Positions 1-13,766 of a stretch of 63,469 bases of DNA are shown piece by piece. The position numbers were made by a program, and so were the translations under genes. Source of the DNA: Octopus bimaculoides (lineage: Eukaryota). The notes under the pieces were generated by a model, which saw only the letters and a list, made by a program, of their open reading frames with translations, was not told where the DNA came from and did not search any database. The stretch's first letter is position 1; every line of letters begins with the position of its first letter. The stretch is taken from positions 11,094,696-11,158,164 of the forward strand of contig NC_068988.1 of the NCBI RefSeq assembly GCF_001194135.2. The letters run 5' to 3'.

Positions 1-19
1 TGTGTGTGTGTGTGTGTGT

Positions 20-73
<54 letters not shown>

Positions 74-88
74 GTGTGTGAGTGTGTA
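1..88. repeat. (TG)n microsatellite
   Basis: Direct read of dinucleotide run. Confidence 0.98.
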
Positions 89-2137
89 ACATAGCCGCAA
101 GACTCTCGATACCATCAACTTCATGAAAAGAAAGGAAATCATTATTTTTAATTCTATCTGTGGAGATCTAGCTTCAAATTATAAACACCTAAGTCATTAT
201 AATTATAAAGCCTTCTACTGGCACCAATTAAATTACAAATTCTCATTCGTAAACAAGTACGTTCTGCTCTTTTATTGAAATTCTTGTTAATGCCAGCTTC
301 ATAATTTTTCGATAAATATCATTGTTATTATTGCCTGAAGAGCAAATATTCGTATATTATTCAGAACCATCCATCATCATATTTCCTATTTGGTTAATAT
401 ATTTGTAGTAGATCGGACATTACTTCAAAGAAATCTATCACTTTAACTTCATGTCGACCAATCCTATGTCAATAACAATATTAAACATGATAAGAGTTCT
501 ATTAATTTTCTATCTAAGTAGATAAAATAATCTTCTATCAATATTGAATTATTTCGCCAAGGCAAACAATGCAATTTTATACAGATAGTTGTTAACGATT
601 GTATCCGATCATAATCTTTAAAGTAGATATTATATCGAACGTATAAAATGAAGTATCAACGTAATCCCTTTGCATTAATATTTGATTGGCCGGCCTGATT
701 GCAATAATGTAACTATACGTGCTTCCTCTATTTCAGTTATATGCATCATTTGTAGCTGCATCAATATGTGGAAGGACACTGTTGAGAAAAAAAGATCACC
801 ATCTTTAATATATTGTTGTTGCATAATATGAAAATATATATTCTGTTCAAAACTTACATGAATAATAATGCACTAAAGATTAAAATTACTATTAATCATT
901 TCGCGATTCGCTGCTTGGTACATACTCAGGAACCTGCTCATCAAAACGAGGGATTAAACACTGTTAGAATGTTGTAAAACATAGGCGTCCTACATGGAAG
1001 CAAAGTCGACCCCTCATCGTTAACATGCAGTTAAGGGCGAGTATTTCGTGTAGAATTCCATGCAAATGTGTGAGGAACATTACAACAGCATCTGCTGAAG
1101 TGTTTACCAGAGGCGACGAAAGGCAGTCCGTGTTGGGAGATGGTCGTAATTTGTAGATAAATATTTTGCAGCGAATCAAAAGCCACGGGGAACTGTACAG
1201 CGGAGACAAATTTCAAGAAATGAAATACCCTAAATTTTGGTGGTGATATGACGGTTGGCATGTTCTAAAGCGTATTTCGAGCTACACATTTTCTTATTGT
1301 CTTGATAACTGTCTATTGAAACTTGCCTCAAGCTGGGAACAAGCCAAGTCATGTAACCGAATTACTGAACTCTCTGACGATTGCTTGTAGGCCCAACGTC
1401 GCATATGAGAATATCAACCAAAGGGTATGCACGTGACATTTAAACATGGTAGTCTCGATATTGTCGTTTCGTGTCCACATCTCGAAACGAGATTATTCTG
1501 TTATACATGATCGTTGGTGTCATGAAGAATTCGAAATACACCTTTGAAGTTTTTTGCGAGGTCTATATTTGTACATACCAAATACATTTTGATTTGTTGT
1601 GGAAGATTTAATATAATACCAATCCGACAAATAGCGCAGCAACGATGAAAACAGACCTTAGGGCTGTAGTGGTATTATGCATGTATTTAAATACTTCACA
1701 AAATTAGGTGAAAAATCTGTATAGTTTTGTGTGGGTGTAAGTATACGTTTGTGTATGAGTAAGTATTCCACAGCACTATGAAGAAAATGCAGAAAATATG
1801 ACGAACAAAGTGTGAAATCAAGCACTTGGGATAATTAATTTCCGGTTTCGGGAAACGTATTTATATCATACGTAGTTATAAAAGCCAATTATGAGCGTTA
1901 TATGTATATAAGCAGAAATGCTTTAAACGTTCCAAAATTCGCTGTCATTCAGTGCTTCTTACGTTATTGAAGTTCTGAATAATTATAGAGCAATTTGAAA
2001 CGCTCATACTTTAATATATCTGATTGAAAATTGCGAGAATCTACCTCCTTTCTAATCATAGGTATGTTTCGAGTATATGAAATCACTGCATAAATGAAAG
2101 CAGATGAGAAGCCTTCAATAAATTTCAAAAAGCGTTT

Positions 2138-2138
<1 letters not shown>

Positions 2139-2220
<82 letters not shown>

Positions 2221-2470
2221 TTCTCTTTCTCTCTCTCACACTCCCTCTCTCTCCCTCTCTCTACACACACATATATATATTAAGTGTGTGTGTATTATAT
2301 ACAACTATATATTATATACAACTATATATAAACATATACACATACATATTATGTTATGACGATTGCTAAAGATAATATATTATGTCTGCAACATATATCG
2401 GTACTTTATCAGACTCGCGATTATGGATTATATAATTTACACACACATTTACATACATTTATATGTGTGC

Positions 2471-2500
<30 letters not shown>
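2139..2500. repeat. Compound (CT)n and (TA)n microsatellite region
   Basis: Direct read; source of poly-ER/poly-LS pseudo-ORFs. Confidence 0.95.
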
Positions 2501-2517
<17 letters not shown>

Positions 2518-2524
2518 CATTGTT

Positions 2525-2927
2525 TTATTCTTTTACTTGTTTCAATCATTTAAATGCGGTCATGCTGAAGCACCGCCTTTAGTCGAAAAAATTGTCGCCA
2601 GGACTTATTACTTGTAAGCCTAGTTCTTATATTATGGGTATCTTTTGCCGGACTGCTACGTTACGGGGACGTAAACACACCAGCATCGATTGTCAAGAGA
2701 TGCTGAGCGGACAAACACAGATACACAAATACATACACACACACACACACATTCATATATATATATATATATATATATGCACGGCGGGTTTCTTTCAGTT
2801 TCCGTTTACTAATTCACTCACAAGGCTTAGGTCGGTCCGAAGCTACGGTCGAAGACACTTGACCAGGTTGCCATGCAGTTGGAGTAAACCCGAAACCATG
2901 TGGTTTGGAAGCAAGCTTCTTACCACA
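2525..2927 (-). mobile_element. SINE family B (long bipartite tRNA-derived SINE with central AC/AT microsatellite)
   Basis: Shares blocks CATGCTG(G/A)AGCACCGCC, GACTTATT..TGTAAGCCTAG, GAAGACACTTG.CCA(A/G)G, AACCATGTGG with copies at 10347, 29405, 42168, 57263; B-box-like GG(G)TT..TCC in head. Confidence 0.88.
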
Positions 2928-3784
2928 TTATATATATATAATTGTTATACATGAGCAGGAAGGGTGCCGTCACCCTTCATGCAAATGATTTTACCCCCAT
3001 TAGTTTGGGCCGGACAAAATGATGTTGGTTACTTTTTGACCGCACCTCGTATATATTTCTGTGCATGTATGTATGTATATCTATCATTTCCAACAAAAGT
3101 TATAGTATTTTCTTTCTTATTTGCTCTATCTTTGATTATCAACTGGAATATTTACCCTCCTGCATATAGTGTTTCCTTTTCCAGCTAGGAAATATCAATT
3201 CACTATCAATATGGCAAATAACATTTTTCGCGTAATAAATCTAATTCAAACCAATTCGGCGGTAGAAATTCCATTTCTTCCAATACAACTACATAATTTA
3301 TTCGCTCCTTAGAGAGAAAAAAATATAGGTTACATAATTTTTTCCCTTCCTTCTTTTTAATTCATGCCCAAAGCGTATAGGCAAGGATTCATCTTCCATA
3401 ACATATCTATATTGCATTAACTGGAAAAATAAATGACAAAATCCCTACCAATATTTTGCATGTATATAGAAACTATTTTTTTTTTCGGTGTTATATGAAT
3501 ACGCGTTGTGATTTTAACTCTAAGAATTGAAGGTAGATATAAAATATCACACCTCTTCCTCTCTCACTCTCTCATATATTTAACACGATGTCGAAAAAAG
3601 AATTATAATGCGCGATACAAACTTCTCATTTTCACGATTACCTTACACTATGATGTATACAAACATTGTTTGATACACCCATATACATATACACATGCAC
3701 ATATATGCACACACATATATATATATGTACACAATGTGTGTGTAAGCATTTAGAATTTATAAAATAGTCCCCGGTATATATATT

Positions 3785-3992
3785 TTTCTACTCTAGGCAC
3801 AAGGTCCGAAATTTTAGGGGAAGGAGCAGTCGATTAGATTGACACCAGTACGCAACTGACACTTGATTCATCGACCTCAAACGAATGAAAGACAAAGTCG
3901 ACCTCGGCGGAATTTGAACTCAGAACATAAAAGGCAGACGAAATACCGCTAAGCATTTCGCCCGGCGTGCTAACGTTTCTGGCAGCTCGCTG
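3785..3992 (-). mobile_element. SINE family A (~210 bp tRNA-derived SINE), full length
   Basis: Minus strand reads GCGAGCTGCCAGAAACGTTAGC (A box) ... GAGTTCAAATTCCGCCGAGGTCGACTTTG (B box plus central domain) ... CTTGTGCCTAGAGTAGAAA tail; matches more than 12 other copies. Confidence 0.9.
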
Positions 3993-4071
3993 TGTTAGTC
4001 CCCTGTATATATAGCTAATATTGTGGACATGCTGCGTGCATATATGAAATTCATGATGACTGTCCATAAGA

Positions 4072-4158
4072 ATGTCGACTCTGTCCCGTAAAACAAGTCT
4101 CCGCATCGACGTTAATGAAATAGAGGAACACGACATTGTATTTACCAATCTGACATAT
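4072..4158 (+). CDS. Candidate first coding exon (MSTLSRKTSLRIDVNEIEEHDIVFTNLTY), product unassigned
   Basis: ATG 4072, open to possible donor GTAAAA at 4159; DIVFTNLTY loosely resembles the N-terminal IxFxxLxY strand of ABCG-type transporters; no downstream Walker A exon found. Confidence 0.2.
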
Positions 4159-4335
4159 GTAAAAGTACATTTCCTCTGCTAATTACATTCCGTCACATCG
4201 AAGTATAAACTTGTGTGGACTATTATCACATTTATTTTGATATTAATGGAATGTATTTCTAATGTTTTGAGAATGCATGCTTCGGTATACATATATAGAA
4301 ATCAATTATATAGATACACACATACACACAAACAC

Positions 4336-4368
<33 letters not shown>

Positions 4369-7210
4369 GATAGATAGTTGTTAAAATATGCATTGGAGAA
4401 TATGTTATCTCTTATTAAAGAGGATTTGGCAATTTCAGTAAATCAATTTATTTAAATAATTACACATACACACGCATATATATCTATNNNNNNNNNNNNN
4501 NNNNNNNNNNNNNNNNNNNNNNNNNNNNNNNNNNNNNNNNNNNNNNNNNNNNNNNNNNNNNNNNNNNNNNNNNNNNNNNNNNNNNNNNNNNNNNNNNNNN
4601 NNNNNNNNNNNNNNNNNNNNNNNNNNNNNNNNNNNNNNNNNNNNNNNNNNNNNNNNNNNNNNNNNNNNNNNNNNNNNNNNNNNNNNNNNNNNNNNNNNNN
4701 NNNNNNNNNNNNNNNNNNNNNNNNNNNNNNNNNNNNNNNNNNNNNNNNNNNNNNNNNNNNNNNNNNNNNNNNNNNNNNNNNNNNNNNNNNNNNNNNNNNN
4801 NNNNNNNNNNNNNNNNNNNNNNNNNNNNNNNNNNNNNNNNNNNNNTTTGCACAACGTATAACTGAAATTGCATTTGCAACTGATGAATAATATTTGCTAA
4901 GTCAAATACATCATCTTTTTATTGTATTTATTATTATTTTTTTATCGAATTATTTGGGAAGAATTTAAGTACTGGTGACAGATTCCTTGTAATGAAGGAA
5001 CTTGTTCTGATCACCATAATCATTTCAATTTTCAGTAAAATATCTTTATAAAATAAAAGTTAAAAAGTAACAATTTAAACACCGATCTAGCGTTCTAAAT
5101 ATCACAGAAATCAAGAAAAATAGAAAAAGTTTATTTGATGCATCGCCGTAAAATATTCCTCGTCCCTATGTGTTGAAAGATTATTTTCTTTTTCTTTTCT
5201 TTTCACATTAAATCGCTTTACTGAAACGACATATAGGCACGTTCCGGAATTTGTGATGTGAATTAACTTCCTCCGAGCAAAATTATATACATGGACGTTA
5301 TAGTATACCAATGAAAAGAGCTCATGAATATTTCTGTCTAAGGGACAACAGCAGTAGAAGCGAAAATGTTATCATGCTAGAGAGAAAAGATTGGTTCTAA
5401 CAGGTTTACTCAGCTGACAAGATATTTCCGGATACAGAAAAAGAAGGGAGAAAATGATAATGAAGGTAAGAAGAAGCAGAAGGGAACATGAACATCTTAG
5501 ATCTTTCTTTTCTGCTAATGAAAATAATTTTCAAAGATTACATGTTTCCTACAGAAAGTTGTTTTGCAATCTGATGGAATATGTCATTTGACATCATTAA
5601 TGTGATATAACGTACAGAGATCGTCACGCTTCACTTGATGCGAACTCAGCAAATTTCAGTAGAGTGCCAATGTACCGAATCTTGTTTACGAACATGTAGG
5701 CAGCAGTAAGGAATATTCAATAGCGTGTTTATTGTTGTTGTTCATGTTCTTGCTCAGGTTTAGCTCACAATTGGCTCCTATTAAATAGCGTTATGATCAA
5801 AACGAGTGCTCGTTCTACCCTTTTTTGTTGTGTAATGTAATATATAATGTGGACTATGTTATTCGATATGTCACCCACCTTCTGAAGATGATATTCTTTC
5901 ATGATTCGACATATATTTACTTGTCGTTTCTAACCGGATTCTTAACCATATAAACGTCCAAATTTCACAGTTAAAGTAATGTTTTAATAATTAGCCCAGG
6001 GCCAGCTATGAATCAATAGCCCCACTATCATTGTTCTGGTATTCTACGCATAGCACATGTTAAAACGTATTTAGATACTAACATTTTGTATTCAACAATG
6101 TAGGCTGTATGCCAGCAAAATATCCTTCTAAATACATGTGAAAAAAGTGTGATGACGTGGACATATCTAGAACGCTTTCAATTATTGTCTACCCGATTTG
6201 TTCTGACGTGCATTAACTTCTAAGAGACATATTAAATTTGAGAGCTGTCTGTCTTGTGTTTGTTCTAAGCTGTGTGTCAAGGATACGGTGCACATTTATA
6301 CTGATATAGAATAGGACGTGTTTCGGGAGAAACAAATGTTTTACTAACAGTTGTACCATGAATTTATCTACTTTATGGTGATAGCACAGTTTTTAAGCCA
6401 GAGAAAACAAATCGATTAAACAATAATTGAAAGCGTTCCAGACACGACCATACCATCACACGTTTTTTCACACGTATGTAGAAGTGCATGTTACATTTTG
6501 TCCTTCACTTACGTAGCCAGAAGGTTATCATTCGCTGGATATTTGATTGCTCATTCTAGCGGTTCAAGCGGCAATGTTGCTCTTTCGTCTGTTTTGTCTA
6601 CTATAAACGTTACTCAAACTGTCACATTATTTTAATTCGACATTTACTAAATCAAGATGAGAATTATTAGCATTCAAAGCGTCAATTTAGAATGATTTTA
6701 TATGATTTTGAGATTTGACTACGTATCAAATCTGTTGTAACATTTACATTCCTCTAAATTATCCAAACACTAAAACCCGCATATTTTGATTTTCCCAAAG
6801 ATTTGTCTGTGTCTATACTACCGTGAAGGTTCGCGTATTGTATTATTTCTTTTGTATTGTGAAATTTGAGTTGAAGTATATTTGCTTGGCATACAGCCTA
6901 GCTTCCTGAATACGAAATGTCACTATGTCAATACGTTTTAACATGAGTCATTAAAACGGTGTCGGGTAAGAAATACATGTTAGGTCTATTTATGTTACCA
7001 ATGTAATCAGCATTGGCCGAATTAAAACAGACTTTTAGAAATTATGTAACAGTCTAAGGTGAGCCTATTTATGCGGAGAAAGTGATTGGTCTCATGGATC
7101 GCTTAATAACCAGAATTCCGCAAAAATTAAATATGACCTCAGCTAAACCAACCACTAATTATGGACTTCAAATAAAATATGTGATATATAGGAACTAATA
7201 CATTAAAAAT

Positions 7211-7327
7211 GCGCCGAGTTGGCAGAACAGTAAGCGCCATGCACAAAATGCTTGATGGTTGGTATTTCTGAGTTCAAATCCACCGAGGTGACTTTTCATT
7301 TTATCTTTTGGGATCGATCAAATTGAC
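7211..7327 (+). mobile_element. SINE family A, degenerate partial copy
   Basis: GAGTTGGCAGAAC ... TCTGAGTTCAAATCCACCGAGGT ... GGGATCGAT blocks. Confidence 0.75.
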
Positions 7328-8065
7328 GTGCTGACCTTGGTCCCTACAACTGACCGCTGTCACGTGCAATGGGATTTTGTTATCTTTGTCACTTGCAATG
7401 GAAATGAATTAGGCATATGATATATATATATATATATATATATATATCAAGATAGTTAAATCACTAGGTCTATATCATATCTTTGAGATATGCCTCTTAC
7501 AAGTAATTCTTCATCGTATAAAAGCACGAAGTGTATTATATCAGAGATCGTGAGACGCACAGCACGAATGATATCATATCAGTGAGGTATGCTACTTAAA
7601 GAAAATCCTTATCGTGACAATACATCGCTGCGCAAATAATATTATATCAGTGAGATGTGCTTGTTCGAGATAATTTTTCTTATTGTACCAACGCCACATC
7701 ACAGCAGGAAATTTTTTTTTTCTCCCACAACATATAAATGCTAGCAACTGACATAGGGCAAGAAAGTGAAAAAGCAAAGATCATTTTCCACAACGTAAGA
7801 ACAAAGGAAGAACAAGGATCGTGATTTTCTTTTTCTTCTAAAAACGTAAGATTCAATTACGAACTTCGTCAGAAATAGAACTGTATTGTATTTTCTGGCA
7901 GTATTGAATATAGGTAAAATTAGAGAAAACTAACTTTTCAGAAGAGTATAAACGTAGATTATCATAGTAGCTAAAAGTATAACTTTACTGGATACATGAG
8001 CGTGCATATATCTTTGTATGTAAGAGTATCATTGCATCCATGTATTTTCATATACAGATAGAACA

Positions 8066-8288
8066 TACGAGGAGGTACTGGAAAGTTTCTGGCCTTAAGT
8101 AAGAGAAAATACACAAGGAACGGTTAATTATGATCTTATTCAACATATTCCATTCTCAGATTCACGCATACTTATTGCAGTGGTTCTTCAGTATTCCTAA
8201 GCTCTGTAAAAGGACTCGATAGTTTGGGCTTCCAACCAGGACTTTCGTTATAATCTTAAAGCCATGAACGTTTCAGCGCTTTCTCAAC
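8066..8288. mobile_element. Mariner-derived MITE, copy 1
   Basis: Left TA+CGAGGAGGTACTGGAAAGTTTCTGGCC; right AAAGCCATGAACGTTTCAGCGC is its approximate reverse complement; interior homologous (inverted) to 42501-42696. Confidence 0.75.
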
Positions 8289-10346
8289 TGTCTTTTATCT
8301 TTTGCTTGTGTCAGTCATTAGACTGTGCCCTGGCTGGTAGAATTTTAGTCTTGAAATATAGTCGAGACAAAAATGAACACAGAAGTGAAAAGTAAAAGAA
8401 CTGTTTTCAAGCGGTGCAGGTAGACAAACACAGGTAAACAAGAACACTGTACACACGAACATACACGAATATGTATGTATAGTACGGGCTTCTTTCATTT
8501 TCAACGAAATTCGTTCACAACCCTTTGGTTGGGTCGAAATTGTAGTAGAAGACGCTTGCCCAAGGTTTCACTCCGTATATGTTTACAAATGTACGATAGT
8601 GCCTATAATTAGGAGACACTATATGACTGTTTAATAACAATTATTCAGAAGAATTAATGGAATTGATCTTTTATAGGTTCTAGAGGTATAATTACGTACT
8701 TTGCGAAGAAGTCATAGATTTCATATGGAAATCGAAGCGGAGCGAATAACAGATGTTTCGATCGTGTATATATAAGCAATGAAATATTAACAATGGTCGG
8801 TTAATGGATTATCCGCGAACAGATATTAAATGAAAATATATTCGTTTAGGTTTGTATACTTTTGAGAAGATTATGTAAAAGCTAGCCATACACAGCGCAA
8901 TCCCACATTTTATCTGATTGCATTACAAGAATTTATTATCATTGTGGAAACAAAACGCACAATACACTTCGCAATATTAAGACCTTTTGAGTTCAAACAT
9001 TTCCTTGGGGGTAAATTAATTTGCAGTAACAGATTTATAGTTAAATGTTTGACTGAACGCCATTATAATTGGCCAGACATACATCTTTTGATGTTACTTG
9101 AATGTACACCTATATTTCAGACATGATTTTATAATCTTATATTTCTACCAGTATAAAAATAGAGTAAGAATGAGACAGTATATTCATAATGGCAGTGAAT
9201 ACAAATAGCTATGGAAAAATAAACATAATATTCGATATTATTATTATTCAGAGACTTAGAATGAACAAAAGCCAAATAGGCGATGAAATATCGCTATTGG
9301 ATTTTTTAATAAATCAAACTCAACATGGAGAACTAAAATCACATATATAATATCCAATAAAAACAGTTATCCAATTGTCGAGGAAATAATAAACAAAACG
9401 ATTTACAAAAACCAACATGAAGAAGTCAATAATAGTGTCATGTGTGTTCATTTATACAACCCCGATCACATGAGAAATCCTGCATGTCCAACACACCTCT
9501 ATACGATAAAGAGGTAGAAATTTATTTCCTGCCAGGGGGAATTTATTTTAACCAAGTAAGCTAGCACTTCTTTCCTGTTGTTTGCTCAAAGTGAATAATT
9601 AATGACACGATGCATAAGAAGCGTATGTGTGTTTGTGTGTGTGTATGTGTGTTTGTGTGTGTGTGTGTATGTGTGTTTGTGTGTGTGGGGGTCTTGTATC
9701 TTCATCGAATATATATTACATTGTCAAGTTCCAATTTACCATTCTCTATGTTGTTTATTTTCTTATTGGCTATCGATATAGTAATTTCTGCTCTCATTAT
9801 ACACAATGCATTAAATTTTTAATAAAAATTCTGTGCTACAAAGTGATCATTGAGGCTCGACGCCGAAATGACTATACCTTGTATTCATGACTAGATTTCC
9901 TTAACACGAAATAGGTGACTAGGTGTATCTAAATCAGAATAAATTGAAGAAAATGAATGTTACATATCATTTAGGAATCACATGTTTCTCCATGCGTGTT
10001 AAATGAGTGCATTTGTGCATGTGATTGCAAAATCTCCTTTGTGTGTTGGAAACTGGCTGAGTGAAGATTGAATAACACAATGTGTTGCGATGTTACGCTA
10101 CGCGCCGTTGTTTTTTGCCTTCAAATCACGCTAATTCTCACATTGCCTCCCTAAACTCTTTTCTTTTTGAAAAAGTATGTACCTGTAGAGAAGTCTTCCG
10201 GCTCCTAACACACTGAGTTCCAATTCCACCGAGTTCCATTTTGTGAGTTATCATTACATCGTGGATAAAATAAGTACCAGTGAAATACTAAAAACAGTCG
10301 ATGCAATTGACCGGCCGATCCTTACCTCAGATTGCAGACAATCGCT

Positions 10347-10812
10347 TTTTTACTCTTTTACTCTTTTACTTGTTTCAGTCATTTGACTGCGGCCATGCTG
10401 GAGCACCGCCTTTAAACGAGCAAATCGACCCCAGGNNNNNNNNNNCTGGAGCACCGCCTTTAAACGAGCAAATCGACCCCAGGACTTATTCTTTGTAAGC
10501 CTAGTACTTATTCTATAGGTATCTTTTGCCGAACCGCTTCGTTATAGGGACATAAACACACCAGCATCGGTTGTCAAGCGATGTTGGGGGACAAACACAA
10601 ACACACGAACATATATACACAAATACATATATACACACACATATATACGACGGGTTTCTTTCAGTTGCCGTCTACCAACTACACCCACAAGGCTTTGCTT
10701 AGCCCGATGCTATAGTAGAAGACACTTGCCCAAGGTGCTACGAAGTGGGACTGAACCCGGAACCATGTGGTTGGTAAGCAAACTACTTACTAGATAGTCA
10801 CAACTGCGCCTA
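10347..10812 (-). mobile_element. SINE family B, near full length (10-N gap with duplicated flank inside)
   Basis: All conserved blocks from head (TAGGCGCAG) to (TAAAAGAG)n-like tail. Confidence 0.92.
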
Positions 10813-10913
10813 TATGAGTATATATAAATTTAAAATTCCGGCACAAGGCCAGCAATTTCAGGGTGGGTCGATTACATACGCCCTGAAGGTGTCGGACTGA
10901 CACAGTCTTTACG

Positions 10914-11760
10914 GTGCCGGGCGAAATGTTTCCCGAAATTTCGTCTGCCGCTACGTTCTGAGTTCAAATTCGGCTGAAGTCAAATTTGCCTTTGATCATT
11001 TTGGGGACGATGAAATAAGTACCAGTTACGCACTGGGATCCATGTGATCGACTATTCCCACCCCCATGTTTTTATGCCTTGTGCCTACACTAGAAAGGAT
11101 TACATACGACCTTAGAGTTCAATTGGTATTTATTTCATCAATACCTAAAGAATGAAAAGCAAACACAGCTTCGCGGTGTTTTGCACTCAGAACGCAAAAG
11201 CGGACGAAATGCTGTTAATCAATTTTACCGGCGTGCTAACGTGTTTCCCAACTCAACACCTTCAGACAATGTTAGAAACAGTGCAACAAAAAAAGGTAAG
11301 GCGGCGAGCTGGCAGAAACGTAGCACACCGTGCGAGATACTAGCGGTATCTCGTCAGTCTTTACGTTCTGAGCTAAAATTCCGACGTGGCAGACTTGTTT
11401 TGCCTTTCCTCCTTTCGGGGTCGATAAGTCAAGTACCAGTTGCGTACTGGCTCAAACTAATCGAATGGCCACCTCCCCCAAAATTTCGGGCCTTGTGCCT
11501 AGAGTAGAAAAGAATATTAGAAAAAAAATGTTATGAAAAAGTAAAGCGGAGAGCTGGCAGAACCGTTAGCACGCCGGGCGAAATGTTTATCGGTATTTCA
11601 TCTGCCTTTACGTTCTGAGTTCAAATTCCGTCGAGGTCGACTTTGCCTTTCATCTTTTCGGGGTTGATAAATTAAGTACCAGTTGCGTACTGGGGATTAA
11701 AACTAATCCACTGATCACCTTTCCAAAAATTTCTGGCCTTGTCCCTAGAGTGGAAATGAT
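10914..11760. mobile_element. Cluster of four SINE family A copies: 10914-11099 (+), 11112-11257 (-), 11298-11515 (+), 11545-11760 (+)
   Basis: Each carries the CTGAG(T/C)T(C/A)AAATTC B box and GTACCAGTT.CG.ACTGG block. Confidence 0.9.
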
Positions 11761-12864
11761 ATTACAAAAGAATAAAAAAATAAAGTTTTGTTTAGGTTGA
11801 ACTTGTTCGTTAAAGGGGCAGAGGAATGATTGTATGTATTTAATTGAGTCCATTTAGGTTTTGAGTTCGAATCACCATAATGTCGAGTTAAACTGTTATA
11901 ATTCTTTTCCGATAAAAATGTATCGATTATGTTACGAATATGATATGATCGCATCACCCCTATTCCCTACCATAGCTGCACATTACTGTGGCTTTATGTA
12001 CATGTAATAATAAAATATTGTTTTACAACTCTATTCATAGAAATATTCATAAAGAGCCGCTGAATTTTTTAAATACCATTTCAATACTGTGTTTTATATA
12101 ATTTATTTTCATGCTTTCTCTCAGTACTTACTTACGCTGTTTAACCTTTACGGTACATATATATTTCGGATTATTAAGCTGGTTTATTGCAAATATTTAA
12201 GTCAGTGATAGTGCTTTGGGATTATATTTTAGTATCTCTGTTCCAACGCACAAAGACTTTTACGCACATTCACACAATTCCTTCCACATAGACATACGCA
12301 CTCACGCCCGCTTGCACGCGCAACAATCTTCGCAACGAACATACAAAACACACGTATATGCACGCACCATCGCATTCATTTTCGTTTAAACATTTACACG
12401 AAACACACAATCACGTTTCCAGTCATCTAGACATTTAGCGATATCTATAAATGACAACAGTGGCAAGAAGAGCAACAACAACACAATACCTCAGACTAGG
12501 AAGGGAATAAGTCACGTTTAGATAATTTATTGCACAAATTCTATTTTCGTAAAAGTCGTTTTATTGAAAAAGCTCACAGTATATATATTTTCTCAAGAGA
12601 AAAGGCTTTCTTTCTAGTTTGGAGTTTGGGAGGTTATTCATTCTTAACATAATTCTGTTTTAGAAATGCCAAGAAAAATAAATTTTAAAATATTTTATTG
12701 TAATTTTATTAACTTTGTTTTTTTTTTAGTATTTATATTACTTCTTTTTTTTTGTTTTCATTAGACTTTCGAAAGATTTTTCCTTTGATTCAATTTGATT
12801 TTAGTTGTTGTTCCTTCGTTAATTTTTATATTTCTTATCGCTTCTCTTTTATATCACCATTATT

Positions 12865-12908
12865 GTCATCATCGTCGATATCAATACTCATCAACATCAT
12901 CATCATCG

Positions 12909-12958
<50 letters not shown>

Positions 12959-13295
12959 GTCATCATCCTCATCATCATCATCGCTGATGTCATCGTCATC
13001 ATCATCATTGCCACCACCTTTGACACTAATACCGCAGTACCATCACCACCAACATCATCATTATCAGCAGCATCACCGCCACCATCATCATTACCATCAT
13101 CAACACCATCATCATCGTTACCGTCATCATCATCGTCATCATCCTCATCATCATCATCGCTGACGTCATCGTCATCGTCGTCATCGCCACCACCTCTGAC
13201 ACTCACACCCCAGTACCATCACCACCAGCATCATCATTATCAGCAGCATCACAATCATCACTACCGTCATCATCATCATCATCATCATCATTGTG
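12865..13295. repeat. (CAT)n-based compound microsatellite with ~176-bp internal duplication
   Basis: TCGCTGA(T/C)GTCATCGTCATC...CCACCACC..TGACACT...CAGTACCATCACCACCA occurs at ~12981 and ~13157. Confidence 0.9.
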
Positions 13296-13766
13296 TTGTT
13301 CATCTCTCCATCGCTTCCTTTTTATTACTATTATAATGTTTCCTATTGGTATTATGCTTAGCAGCAGCAGAAGCAGCAGTAGACGCAACAGAAACTGCAG
13401 CGGTACATATAGAATTAGAAATAGCTGCAGCACCAGTTGCAGCGGCAGCAGCGGCAGTTGTAGCTGTCGTATTAGTCGTCTTATTGTATCGCGTGATTTA
13501 ACTGCACAATCAGGCATATCCTTCTGAGAATTAAGTACATGTAGTGTTTTTTTCTGCTGCATTAAATCTATTAATTCCACTGAATACGACCTCATTTTTC
13601 TAGCTCTTCTTACATTTGTTATAAAATATTGAATCAGCCTTTATGAAACAATCTAAATGATCAGCCGCATTCCAACTGCATCTACTAGTTTGAACTTATT
13701 TTAAGCACATCATCTAATACCTTTATCACAATTTAGCTAGAAATGTTTACCATCCAGGATGGGTCA

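Noticed and set aside
964-1560. GC-richer stretch with two overlapping minus ORFs and a weak EYQ..G.H Helitron-like word
   Set aside because: No recognisable motif series in any frame; cannot be assigned.
5880-5915. CTGAAGATGAT...GATTCGACA hammerhead-like words
   Set aside because: Stem II does not close and GAAA is absent.
10398-10483. 38-bp direct repeat flanking a 10-N gap inside a SINE
   Set aside because: Same assembly-overlap pattern.
12752-13595. His-, Ser-, Asp- and Met-rich ORFs
   Set aside because: Frames of a (CAT)n/(GCA)n microsatellite, open in several frames at once.
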